A DNA stretch of 64,000 nt from a candidate division FCPU426 bacterium (GTDB lineage Bacteria > Oederibacteriota > PGYV01 > Palsa-1178). The number at the start of each line of letters is the position of its first letter. The stretch's first letter is position 1. A model generated the notes under the pieces. The model did not search any database. It worked only from the letters and a program-made list of their open reading frames with translations, and was not told the origin of the DNA. Positions 40,170 to 50,307 of the stretch are shown piece by piece. The stretch lies in NCBI GenBank assembly GCA_963840035.1, contig CAWIXE010000002.1:160001-224000 (forward strand), in the 5' to 3' direction. A program made the translations under genes and the position numbers.

Positions 40170-42827
40170 ATGCTAAAGAGAACTGCCTTTTTTTTATCAC
40201 TTCTGATTTTAACGATTAACTACATTATAGCTTCGCCTGTCTCCATTAACGGGCAATTGAGCGTTTCTGGTTTGCAGCTTGTTAATTCCTGCGGAAATCC
40301 GGTACAGCTGCGCGGGGTATCCACCCACGGGCTGCAGTGGTTTTACGACTGCCTTCCTGACGCTGCCATAGATTTCGCGGCGTCATCCACGGGCATGGGG
40401 TGCGATGTATTCAGGATCGCGATGTATGTGGGTGAGAACGGGTACCTTACAAATCCGACTGAATTTACAAACAGGGTGAATTCGCTTGTGGAAAAAGCGA
40501 CAGCCCGAGGAATGTACGTCATTATTGACTGGCACGTTTTAACCCCCGGAGACCCTAATGTCAATATAGCGGACGCGAGGACTTTCTGGACAAATATGGC
40601 CAACACGCACAAGGACAAGGTAAACGTCATATATGAAATATGCAATGAGCCTAACGGCGGCGGCGTAACCTGGGCTACGGTGAGAACTTACGCAAACGAC
40701 ATCATACCGCGAATAAGAGCCATAGACCCAGATGCCATCATAATAGTCGGCACACCAAACTGGTCCCAGCTTGGGGCGGATGTGGTAAATAACCAGTTGA
40801 GCTACAGCAACATTATGTACGCTTTCCATTTTTACGCTGCGTCCCACGCCACTACGATGCTTTCGAATTACGCAAGCTCGCTTCCGATATTCTGCACCGA
40901 GTGGGCGGCCAGCGAGGCTTCAGGAACAGGGACGCTTAATACTGCAAGGGCGAGCGAATTCATAAGCATTATGGGCGGGAATAATCCTGCCGGGGTAAAG
41001 ATAAGCTGGGCATCCTGGTCGTATTCGGACAATTCAGAGACATCCGCGATGTTTAACGCTAATACCTGCCCTAACGGGCCGTACGACACGGGACATCTTT
41101 CCGCGGAAGGTAATTATATCAGGAATAATATACTTACACCGGGAAAAACATTCATCGCGTGCAATACCACCCAGACTTTTACCCCTACGCGGACAAGGAC
41201 ACCTCAACCTACAAATACAAACACTCCGGCGCAGACAAAAACTTTTACAGCCACATATTCCAAAACCGCCACCGTAACTTACACAAAGACAACCGGGCCA
41301 AGCCCGACAATTACGATGACGCATACGGCCTCAGGCACGGCAACTGCGACACCGGCGCCGTCCTCTGTGGCAATACCGTGCGCCGCGGGAATTAAAGTTG
41401 ACGGGGATTTAACAGACGCGGGATGGCTGGACGGCGCGTGGACGGCAAATAACAGGCTTGTTACGGGCACAAACCCGCAGGGCGCTTCGGCGCAGTTCAA
41501 GGTAAGGTGGGATAATACGGCTTTATACGTGGCTGTTGATGTTTCAGACACATCGCCGTTTAACGATTCCGGCGCCAACTGGTATGATGATTCATCCGTC
41601 GAGGTTTATCTGGACATGAACCACAACGCTTCCACAAACTACCAGGCGGATGATTTTCAGTTTTCCATGAGATATAACGACCAGACCCTGCGCGAACAGG
41701 GAAACAAGCAGGGCACGGCAACCGGCGCTGTCGCGGCGCGCGCCGGAGGATATATAGTGGAGATGAAGCTTCCGTGGAGCGTGCTCGGAGCCACGCCTGC
41801 CGCGGCCTCGGTTTATGGGTTTGATGTCGGGGTAAACATTGATTCAGCGGGAGGCGCGAGGGAAGGAGTGCTCATGTGGGCAGGCACGGGAAATAATTAC
41901 GCTGATACAAGCGCGTTTGGAAACGCCGTTGTACAGGCGTGCGCGATAACGCCTACATTTACAGCGTCAAAAACAATGACCGCCACCGTGTCAAAGACAG
42001 TTACAAATACTCCGGCAAGCACCGCGAGCTTTACGCCTTCGTTCACAAAGACATTTACAGCGGCGAGCACAAATACAGCCACACCAATCAGCACCGCGAC
42101 ATTTACAAAGACGGTTACGCAGTCATATACTCCGACGCTGTCGTCAACCGCAAGCAGGTCAGCCACTCCCACGGCCACAAACACTCCATATTATTCACCT
42201 TCAATGACGCAGACCGTTACACAGACCGTGACAGGCACGCCGCCTACGGCTACGCAGACCTATTCGTGCACTATTATTATTCCCGCGACTTTTACATTTA
42301 CATACACTCCCGTTAATACCGCGACACGTACATTCACGCCGCGCGACACTGAAACAGCCACGCCCGTAAACACCCTGGCAAATACACCGGAGAATACTGT
42401 AACAAATACGCACACACCTGTTAACACGCAGGTCAATACATCATTACCGACGCCGACTTATACAAATACACAGGCAGCTTCCTCAACAAATACGCCTGTA
42501 GTACCTACCGCCACAGTAACACCGTTTGTAAACAGGGGTGATGAAAAAACATACCCGAATCCATACGACCCGGAGCACGGGGATTTGAATGTTGAATTTA
42601 ACCTTGAGAGCGAGGCAACGGAAGTTGAGCTGGCAGTTTATACAAAGGGCTTAAGGCTGGTATCAAGGACCAGGCTGGGTGCGTTCGCGGCAGGGCATAA
42701 CAGGGCGACTGTTGACAGGAGCCGCTTTAAAAGGTTCTCCGCGGGTACATACTTCTATATGATAATAAGCAAAAATAACGGGGTTGAAAATAAGGGGCAT
42801 ATTAGGAATCTGAATATATCGCGATAG
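40170..42827 (+). CDS. GH5 (subfamily 2-like) endoglucanase + CBM9-like domain + Thr/Pro linker + YPNP CTD
   Basis: QLRGVSTHGLQW, IIDWH, YEICNEP, FHFYA, FCTEW; VDGDLTD..W..DDSSVEVYLD. Confidence 0.92.
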   Translation: MLKRTAFFLSLLILTINYIIASPVSINGQLSVSGLQLVNSCGNPVQLRGVSTHGLQWFYDCLPDAAIDFAASSTGMGCDVFRIAMYVGENGYLTNPTEFTNRVNSLVEKATARGMYVIIDWHVLTPGDPNVNIADARTFWTNMANTHKDKVNVIYEICNEPNGGGVTWATVRTYANDIIPRIRAIDPDAIIIVGTPNWSQLGADVVNNQLSYSNIMYAFHFYAASHATTMLSNYASSLPIFCTEWAASEASGTGTLNTARASEFISIMGGNNPAGVKISWASWSYSDNSETSAMFNANTCPNGPYDTGHLSAEGNYIRNNILTPGKTFIACNTTQTFTPTRTRTPQPTNTNTPAQTKTFTATYSKTATVTYTKTTGPSPTITMTHTASGTATATPAPSSVAIPCAAGIKVDGDLTDAGWLDGAWTANNRLVTGTNPQGASAQFKVRWDNTALYVAVDVSDTSPFNDSGANWYDDSSVEVYLDMNHNASTNYQADDFQFSMRYNDQTLREQGNKQGTATGAVAARAGGYIVEMKLPWSVLGATPAAASVYGFDVGVNIDSAGGAREGVLMWAGTGNNYADTSAFGNAVVQACAITPTFTASKTMTATVSKTVTNTPASTASFTPSFTKTFTAASTNTATPISTATFTKTVTQSYTPTLSSTASRSATPTATNTPYYSPSMTQTVTQTVTGTPPTATQTYSCTIIIPATFTFTYTPVNTATRTFTPRDTETATPVNTLANTPENTVTNTHTPVNTQVNTSLPTPTYTNTQAASSTNTPVVPTATVTPFVNRGDEKTYPNPYDPEHGDLNVEFNLESEATEVELAVYTKGLRLVSRTRLGAFAAGHNRATVDRSRFKRFSAGTYFYMIISKNNGVENKGHIRNLNISR

Positions 42828-42929
42828 AAAATCAGGTTTTTCTATGAAACGCTTTATTTATAATGGTGAAACAGGCGCGCACTGTCCGAAACTTTCGCTT
42901 GATTAAGTTGTCATAAAGATGTATAAAAT

Positions 42930-42943
42930 GTTTAGCGCTAAAC
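42930..42943. promoter_or_regulatory. LacI-type operator GTTTAGCGCTAAAC
   Basis: Perfect 14-bp palindrome just after TTGATT-17-TATAAA; identical copies at 46886 and 59910. Confidence 0.85.
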
Positions 42944-42977
42944 TGATGCATAATACTAATTAACCGGAGCTTACATA

Positions 42978-45900
42978 GTGAAAAAAGCATTGTTAGTGTT
43001 TTTAGCAGTATCATTACTATCCTCATTTATATATTCTGCCAATACTGATGTGCGCCTGAACTCCCTTGGATTCCTTCCGTCTAATGATAAAATTGCCACA
43101 GTAAAAGCCGCAGGATCCCCGGGAAACTGGTATCTGCTTACATCCCCGGGAAATGTCACGGTTACCTCGGGGACTTTTACCGGGCCGTTTTCCGACGCCC
43201 AGACAGGCGAAAACAACAACCTTTATAAAGCGAATTTTTCCGCGTATACAACTTCCGGAACATTTTACTTAAACGTGCCCAACGTAGGCCGATCGACAAA
43301 TTTTGACATACGCGCGGATGTTTATAACAATCCTTTTATAAATGTATTCAGGGCCATGTATCTGTGGCGCTGCAATACTGCCGTGTCCGGGACTTATAAC
43401 GGAGATACTTTTTCGCATGCCGAATGCCATACGGGTGACGGCAACCTCACCCACTACAATGGTTCAAATACTGTTGTTAACGGAAAAAAAGGGTGGCATG
43501 ACGCGGGCGATTACGGAAAGTATACGATCAACGCGTCAATAACCGTAGGCATGATGTTTCTCGCCTGGGAACAGTTTGGAGCGAACATAAACGCGCTAAA
43601 TTATAACCTTCCTGAGACTGCCCCGGGATATCCGGAGTTCCTCAAGGAAATTAAATATGAGACAGACTGGGTATTTACCATGATGAGGCCTGACGGCGCG
43701 GTATCAGATAAGCTTACATCGCTTGGATTTGACGGTTTTGAGATGCCGGAAAAAGATATACTTGTCAGGTACTTCTCAACTACCGGAACAGCTGATACAG
43801 CCGCGTACTGCGCGATGCTTGCCATGGCTTCGCGCAATTTTCAGCCGTATGACGCGGCATATGCCACAGCGTGTATTACGCATGCCGCGGCGGCATACGC
43901 ATATCTTTCGACACATCCCGCGTGGAGGGCCAGGGTAAACTACGTAACGGCATTGCCGCATGTGGGCGTATTTTCTACGGGCGATTACAGCGGCAGCGAT
44001 GACGCCGCTTTAAGGCTATGGGCAGCGATTGAGATGTGGGAGACTACCGGCAACGCAACCTACCTGGCGGATTTTGAATCGAAAGCGGCTTTATTAGACC
44101 CTAATTATGTAAACGCGGATTTTGACTGGGCAAACCAGAGGAACCTGGCTATGTATACATATGTTCTTTCAAACAGGACCGGCAGGAACGCTACACTGCT
44201 GGCGAAAATCAGGAATAATATTGTTAATACCGCACAATCCATATCCGATACAAGGGACGGACACGCCTATGGCAGGCCCCTTGGAACAAACTATTACTGG
44301 GGTTGTAACGGTTCTGTCGCAAGGCAGTCAATGATACTGCAGATAGCCAACCAGATATCGCCTAACCCGGATTTTCTAAATACAGCGCTTGACGCTATAG
44401 GGTATTTATTCGGAAGGAACATGCATGACAGGTCATATGTAACCGGAATTGGAATCTCACCGCCGATGTTTCCGCATGACAGGCGTTCGGGAGGGGATAC
44501 CGTTACTAATCCGTGGCCGGGGTATTTAGTCGGCGGCTCGTCAGGAAGCCGCGGCGATGACTGGCAGACGGCAAACATGGTTGCCGGACTTCCTGCAGCG
44601 CAGTACTGGACAGACGTGGAGGGGTCATATTCCTCCAATGAAATAGCCATTAACTGGCAGGGCGCGATCATATACGCCCTTGCGGGATTTTTGGGGTCTG
44701 TGGCACCACCGACAAATACGCCGACACCGACTGCGACGATTACAGGAACTCCGCCTACAAAAACAGCTACGCCGACATTTACGGCTGTGCCTACTGCCGG
44801 TTTTGTACTTGCCGACTGCGTGCAGGGGATGTCCTATAACTTAACGGACGGGAACTTAAATGACTCCATCTGGCAGACAGGCAGCTGGAATAATATATCA
44901 ATAATAACGGAAGGAACTCAGGGCGCTGTGACGGCGCGGTTTAAGACGCGCTGGGATTCCAGCGGCATAAAGGTGGCTGTGGATGTAACTGATCCAACTT
45001 TGTGCGGGACTAATACCACCTGGTATAATGACGATGCCGTGGAGATTTACATAGACGCCAATAATAACCATGCCACAACTTATGACCTCAACGATTACCA
45101 GTTCTCCATACGCTATAATGACCCTGTGGTAAGGGAGACAAATAACAGGGTCGGCACTGTGGCAGCCGCCACTTATCATACAGCAACCGGCTACTCGGCG
45201 GAGTTTGACATAAAGTGGTCTGACATCGGGCTTACAGGCGGGGCCGGGGTAAGCATAGGATTTGATGTCGGTATTGACCATGATGAGACATGCGGAGGCA
45301 CAAGGACTGGGGTTTTAATGTGGAACGGAACCGCGACAAACTGGAGCGATACGTCTAATTTCGGGGACCTTTCCACAAGCGCGGCGTGCAACACGCCTAC
45401 AATTACGCCGACATGGACGCCGGCGCCTCCTGTGGCTGCTGAAATTATTGATAATGTCGAGGATGGGAACAGCCAGATCCTTTTAAACGGCGGCAGAAAC
45501 GGCTTCTGGGGGACGTTTGACGACGGCAGCGGTAATATATCGGTAAGCTTCAATGACCCGGGTTATAACAGTTCTTACGCGGCAAACATAACTTCTGACG
45601 GCCTTTTTACCACTTATGCGGGAGTGAGCGTAAATATGCTCAGCCCTTCAGGGCCATATGACGCCTCCGCGTATGACGGCATAAAATTCCGGGTAAAGCT
45701 TGCCGCCAGTTCGGATTACTACCTCCGCGTTAATGTTGTGGATGAGGCCACAAGCACCTCTTATGATTTTTTTGGAATTCTGCTTACTGACCTTACAACA
45801 TCCTGGAAGGAATACACCATAGATTTTGCAACCCTTCAAAATAGCGCAGGTACAGGGCTTAATACGTCAAGGATAGTAAGCATAGAGTTCAGGCCTGATA

Positions 45901-46790
45901 TAGCATTTCCGTTCTCGGCGTCATTTGACGACATACGCTTTTACTCGAACGGAACGCCCACATTTACCAGGACTCCTTCGGCAACAAGGACGGCAACTCC
46001 GGTTCAGTCAGCCACATTTACAGCCACTGCGTCATCGACTAAGACAAATACCCCGATGAATACGGTTACAAACACAGCCACGGTAACAAAGACAAATACA
46101 GCGACGCCGACACTTTCGGTGTCAAATACCAATACGCCGAATTATTCCGCGACAATAACGCAGACAGCAACACAGACCATAACAGGCACGCCGCCGACGC
46201 TTACATTCACGTCGACTTATACCATGACAACACAGCCGACAGCCACATATTCGGCTACGCTTACAAATACGCCGCAGGCGACACAGACCAACACGTGGAT
46301 AGTGCTTATGACTGCGACATACACTCCTACGGCGCAGCCGACTGCGACTAATACCTGGATAGTGCTCATGACCTCAACCTTTACGAGGACGCCGCAGCCG
46401 TCGGCCACGCGCACGCGGACGCCTCAGCCGACTGCCACAAATACACAGGTAATACCGAGCGCTACGCCGACTTACACGGCCACGGCATCATCAATCGGCG
46501 GGGAAAACATTTACCCGAACCCCGTGGACCCGGAAAAGCAGGACCTGACGCTTGTGTTCGGGCTGGATGAACCGGCTGACAGGGCATATTTCTCAATATA
46601 TACAAAAGCTTACAGGCTCATAACAAAAGTGAAGCTGGGCACCGCCATACAGGGATATAATATGAGGGTTGTGAACAGGGCGTACCTTAAAAATTTGTCA
46701 AACGGGATATATTATTATGTGATAGAATATGACACGGCTTCAAGCAAAGGAAACCGCAGTAAAATAAAGCAGTTTATGGTTGTACGTTAG
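42978..46790 (+). CDS. GH9 (Ig-like N-terminus) + CBM9-like + CBM11-like + Thr/Pro linker + YPNP CTD
   Basis: KGWHDAGDYGKY, PHDRRS, NEIAINWQ; DDAVEIYID; IIDNVEDG..YDASAYDGIKF..WKEYTIDF. Confidence 0.92.
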   Translation: MKKALLVFLAVSLLSSFIYSANTDVRLNSLGFLPSNDKIATVKAAGSPGNWYLLTSPGNVTVTSGTFTGPFSDAQTGENNNLYKANFSAYTTSGTFYLNVPNVGRSTNFDIRADVYNNPFINVFRAMYLWRCNTAVSGTYNGDTFSHAECHTGDGNLTHYNGSNTVVNGKKGWHDAGDYGKYTINASITVGMMFLAWEQFGANINALNYNLPETAPGYPEFLKEIKYETDWVFTMMRPDGAVSDKLTSLGFDGFEMPEKDILVRYFSTTGTADTAAYCAMLAMASRNFQPYDAAYATACITHAAAAYAYLSTHPAWRARVNYVTALPHVGVFSTGDYSGSDDAALRLWAAIEMWETTGNATYLADFESKAALLDPNYVNADFDWANQRNLAMYTYVLSNRTGRNATLLAKIRNNIVNTAQSISDTRDGHAYGRPLGTNYYWGCNGSVARQSMILQIANQISPNPDFLNTALDAIGYLFGRNMHDRSYVTGIGISPPMFPHDRRSGGDTVTNPWPGYLVGGSSGSRGDDWQTANMVAGLPAAQYWTDVEGSYSSNEIAINWQGAIIYALAGFLGSVAPPTNTPTPTATITGTPPTKTATPTFTAVPTAGFVLADCVQGMSYNLTDGNLNDSIWQTGSWNNISIITEGTQGAVTARFKTRWDSSGIKVAVDVTDPTLCGTNTTWYNDDAVEIYIDANNNHATTYDLNDYQFSIRYNDPVVRETNNRVGTVAAATYHTATGYSAEFDIKWSDIGLTGGAGVSIGFDVGIDHDETCGGTRTGVLMWNGTATNWSDTSNFGDLSTSAACNTPTITPTWTPAPPVAAEIIDNVEDGNSQILLNGGRNGFWGTFDDGSGNISVSFNDPGYNSSYAANITSDGLFTTYAGVSVNMLSPSGPYDASAYDGIKFRVKLAASSDYYLRVNVVDEATSTSYDFFGILLTDLTTSWKEYTIDFATLQNSAGTGLNTSRIVSIEFRPDIAFPFSASFDDIRFYSNGTPTFTRTPSATRTATPVQSATFTATASSTKTNTPMNTVTNTATVTKTNTATPTLSVSNTNTPNYSATITQTATQTITGTPPTLTFTSTYTMTTQPTATYSATLTNTPQATQTNTWIVLMTATYTPTAQPTATNTWIVLMTSTFTRTPQPSATRTRTPQPTATNTQVIPSATPTYTATASSIGGENIYPNPVDPEKQDLTLVFGLDEPADRAYFSIYTKAYRLITKVKLGTAIQGYNMRVVNRAYLKNLSNGIYYYVIEYDTASSKGNRSKIKQFMVVR

Positions 46791-46885
46791 GCAAAAAGAA
46801 CGCAACCCCGCGCGGGGAGCGGCGTTAATAATATAGATAGCCGTTTTACACGCAGCTGGAACCTGCTTTTTTTTAGCCTGAAAAG

Positions 46886-46899
46886 GTTTAGCGCTAAAC
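46886..46899. promoter_or_regulatory. LacI-type operator GTTTAGCGCTAAAC
   Basis: Perfect palindrome ending 13 bp before the GH5 start. Confidence 0.85.
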
Positions 46900-46912
46900 G
46901 GCAAATAATAAA

Positions 46913-48910
46913 ATGGAGAAACTCATGACAAAAAAATTAATGCTCATCATTTCCGCGATAATAATATTCGCCTGCGCTTTAAGCGCTTCCCCTGTTTCCA
47001 TAAACGGGCAGCTTAAAGTGACCGGCCTGCAGTTGACCAGCGAATGCAACAGGCCTGTGCAGCTGCGCGGCGTGTCAACGCACGGCCTTCAGTGGTGGGG
47101 TTCGTGCTACACTGACGCGGCCCTTGATTACGCGGCTTATACTTTAAACGCGGATTCAGTCAGGCTTGCCATGTATACGGCGCAGAACGGATACCTGTCA
47201 AATCCTGCCGCATATACAAGCATGGTTGATTCGCTCGTGGATAAGATCGGCGCAAGGGGGATGTACGCTATAATCGACTGGCACATACTTGAGGACTGCG
47301 ATCCCAACAGCAACTCCCTGGCAGCCAAGACGTTTTTTGAACACGAGGCAACCCTCCATAAAGACAAAAAATATGTGATCTATGAAATTTGCAACGAGCC
47401 GAATAATACCTGCGGTTCAGTAACGTGGGCTATGGTAAAGCAGTACGCAAACTTCATCATACCGAAGATAAGGGCCATAGACCCTGACTCCGTTATCATT
47501 GTAGGGACGCCCAACTGGTCACAGCTGGGCTGGGACGTGGCGTATGATCAATTAAGTTATCCAAACATATTGTATGCTTTCCACTTTTACGCCGGTTCAC
47601 ACGGCACGGGCATGCTCACGCCGTTTTTGAACCAGATGCCAATCTTCTGTTCGGAATGGGGGCCCACTAACTCTTCAGGAAACGGCGGGGACGATTATGT
47701 AAACGCGCAGGCGTTTATGGATATTATGAGCGGCGTTGATACGGTCAGCAACCCGACAGGTGTAAAGATCAGCTGGAACGAGTGGACCTTTTCCTCAAGC
47801 AGCGAATCATCGGCCATGTTGAACAACGGCACATGCGGCAGCGGGCCGTGGGATACTTCGAACTTAACTACCGCGGGGCTCTTTGTTTATAATAATATGA
47901 ATAATCCGCCCAAGGCATATTACTGCGGCACGCTTACGCCGACCATAACAGGGACGCCTCCTACGCCTACAATAACGCCGACCATAACAGTAACACCGAC
48001 AAACCTGCCTTCCGAGCTTATTTATGACGGGGACACCCCGGGACTGACTCTTGCCGACGGAGTAGCCGCGGCCAACGCGTGGAAAAATGCGGGGGCTTCA
48101 TTGCTTGGCACTATTTCTGAGACAACGGGCGGAAATGGCGGAAACGGCATGGCGCTTGCGTATTCAACCCCGGCCTACTGGCAGGGGCATACATGGACCA
48201 AGACGGTGACGGTGGGCACTTATAACAGCATAGCCTTTGATGTAAAGACAACATCGGGTTCTGTTTCAGCCCTGCTTTTTACCCTCGAACAGGGAACTGT
48301 AAGGGCGAGCATTGCTTCCGGAAACACGTGGAAGACCATGATATACCCTTTAAGCAAATTCTTTACCACGGTCCCGGCGACATTTGACGAGTTTGATTTT
48401 GTAAATAATTCCGGCTCAAATTACTCTGTTATTATCGACAACATAAGGCTGGTTTTTGTCCCCAGCGCCACAGCGACACCGACAAAAACCATTACACCCA
48501 CATGGACCATGTCCAGCACATATACCAATACGCCCACAATCACCCAGACGGGGACCATAACGCCCACTTCGACCATTACGCCGACAATCACTTTGACGCC
48601 TACGGTGCCGGCTAAGACCGTAAGGATCACAAAATGGGACTGCTATCCGAACCCTTTCAACGGTTCGTCAAAAATAACATTCAGGTACACCATCGCGGGT
48701 TTCGCGGAAAAGCTTAACCTCGACATATATACCTTTGGCGAGAGGAAGATAGCGCGCATAGCCGCGGTCAAGCAGCCCGCCGGGGTAAATGAACTTGAGT
48801 GGACGCCGCCATATAAGCTCGGGAGCGGCCTTTATTACTACACGGTTGAGGGCATTAACGGCTCCAGGCCGCCGAGCAGGCATGTGGGGGCGTTTGTGGT
48901 TGTGAAGTAA
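46913..48910 (+). CDS. GH5 endoglucanase + CBM-like module + Thr/Pro linker + YPNP CTD
   Basis: QLRGVSTHGLQW, YEICNEP, FCSEW; paralog of the 40170 gene. Confidence 0.92.
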   Translation: MEKLMTKKLMLIISAIIIFACALSASPVSINGQLKVTGLQLTSECNRPVQLRGVSTHGLQWWGSCYTDAALDYAAYTLNADSVRLAMYTAQNGYLSNPAAYTSMVDSLVDKIGARGMYAIIDWHILEDCDPNSNSLAAKTFFEHEATLHKDKKYVIYEICNEPNNTCGSVTWAMVKQYANFIIPKIRAIDPDSVIIVGTPNWSQLGWDVAYDQLSYPNILYAFHFYAGSHGTGMLTPFLNQMPIFCSEWGPTNSSGNGGDDYVNAQAFMDIMSGVDTVSNPTGVKISWNEWTFSSSSESSAMLNNGTCGSGPWDTSNLTTAGLFVYNNMNNPPKAYYCGTLTPTITGTPPTPTITPTITVTPTNLPSELIYDGDTPGLTLADGVAAANAWKNAGASLLGTISETTGGNGGNGMALAYSTPAYWQGHTWTKTVTVGTYNSIAFDVKTTSGSVSALLFTLEQGTVRASIASGNTWKTMIYPLSKFFTTVPATFDEFDFVNNSGSNYSVIIDNIRLVFVPSATATPTKTITPTWTMSSTYTNTPTITQTGTITPTSTITPTITLTPTVPAKTVRITKWDCYPNPFNGSSKITFRYTIAGFAEKLNLDIYTFGERKIARIAAVKQPAGVNELEWTPPYKLGSGLYYYTVEGINGSRPPSRHVGAFVVVK

Positions 48911-48999
48911 ATTTTCAATTTTCAATTCTATATTTTCAATTTTCAATTATACCAGGCGTACGGATTTAATTGAAAATTGAAAATATAGAATTGAAAATA
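48910..48999. repeat. Heptamer-periodic inverted arms (AATTTTC)n / (GAAAATT)n, empty
   Basis: AATTTTCAATTTTCAATTCTATATTTTCAATTTTCAATT ... AATTGAAAATTGAAAATATAGAATTGAAAAT; related single arm at 39683-39715. Confidence 0.9.
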
Positions 49000-49015
49000 G
49001 GTTTATGGAGGATTC

Positions 49016-50017
49016 ATGGCTGTTACTTTGGAAGATGTTGCAAAAAAGGCCGGCGTTTCGCACACTACTGTTTCGCTTGTGCTTCATGGGGACAAAAAAA
49101 TAAGCGGCGCGACCCGCGATAAGGTCATGCGCGTCATAGAGGACATGAACTACCACCCGAATTACAACGCCAGAAGCCTGGCAAGGGGCAAGACAAATAC
49201 AGTCGCTATTTTGGCTTCGTTTTTTTCATCACTTTTTGCCACGGATATAATGAAGGGCATGGAGGACGAGGCGATAAATACGGACCTGTCCATAAACCAA
49301 TACTCAACAAGGGGCGAAAAGGACAGGGAAGAGGACCAGCTGGATAAAATATTATACGGAAAGCGCGCCGACGGGCTTGTGGTTATAAGCCTCCAGCCGG
49401 AAATAAAAATTATGAATGAATTTAGGTCCGCAGGCATGCCCGTAGTGCTTATAGAAAGGAAAATGGATGGATTTTCCTCGGTGGGCACGGATAATGAAAA
49501 AGGGGCTTACATGGCGGCCAGCCACCTGATAAGCACGGGAAAGAAAAACATAGCAATCGCGTGCGGACACCTCGACTGCGTGGACTGCATCAACTCCAAG
49601 GAACGCTTTGCCGGGTTTACCAGGGCGCTTAAGGAAAACGGGCTTGAGTTCAGACAAGAGAATTTTTTCCCGACATGGTACGGCTTTGAGGACGGCATCA
49701 GGGTCATGGCGCAGATAACCGGGGAAAAAAGAAAAATAGACGCGCTCTTTTGCGCGAGCGGCGATAACGTGGCTTTAGGAGCCTTGAAAGAAGCTAAGGT
49801 CAGGGGCGTTTCAATACCTGACGACATTGCGATAGTAGGGTATGATGACCTGCTTGTTTCCTCCATGGTACAGCCCGCGCTGACCACCATCAGGCAGCCC
49901 ATTATTAAAATGGGAAGGGAAGCGTTTAACCTGGTTATCAAATCAATGAACAATGAGATAAAAGAGCCGGTGGTGACGACGTTTGAGCCGGAATTAATCA
50001 TAAGGGAAACTGCCTGA
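49016..50017 (+). CDS. LacI-family transcriptional regulator
   Basis: TLEDVAKKAGVSHTTVSLVL, YHPNYNARSL, VGYDD, PALTTI. Confidence 0.95.
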   Translation: MAVTLEDVAKKAGVSHTTVSLVLHGDKKISGATRDKVMRVIEDMNYHPNYNARSLARGKTNTVAILASFFSSLFATDIMKGMEDEAINTDLSINQYSTRGEKDREEDQLDKILYGKRADGLVVISLQPEIKIMNEFRSAGMPVVLIERKMDGFSSVGTDNEKGAYMAASHLISTGKKNIAIACGHLDCVDCINSKERFAGFTRALKENGLEFRQENFFPTWYGFEDGIRVMAQITGEKRKIDALFCASGDNVALGALKEAKVRGVSIPDDIAIVGYDDLLVSSMVQPALTTIRQPIIKMGREAFNLVIKSMNNEIKEPVVTTFEPELIIRETA

Positions 50018-50307
50018 AAACAAGGCGGGCGATTCGTGAATCGCCCCTACAAATTCGTGTTCAAATCATAAAAATCCGGAAAATCAAAACCAACCTGACT
50101 AAACTTTTTTTATTGCGGTTATAAATACCGGTTCAAATGCCGAAAAAAACTGTGATTTTGCCGGACGTTAAAACCAAAAACCCCCTTGATTAAAAGGCCT
50201 ATTTTCTTTATAATTAGCCTGCTTTTAAACGATTAACGCCGGAACGAAACTTTGTTCCGGATGTCCAAACGCATATGGCTAATTTAGCTAAAAACAGGAG
50301 ACAATAC

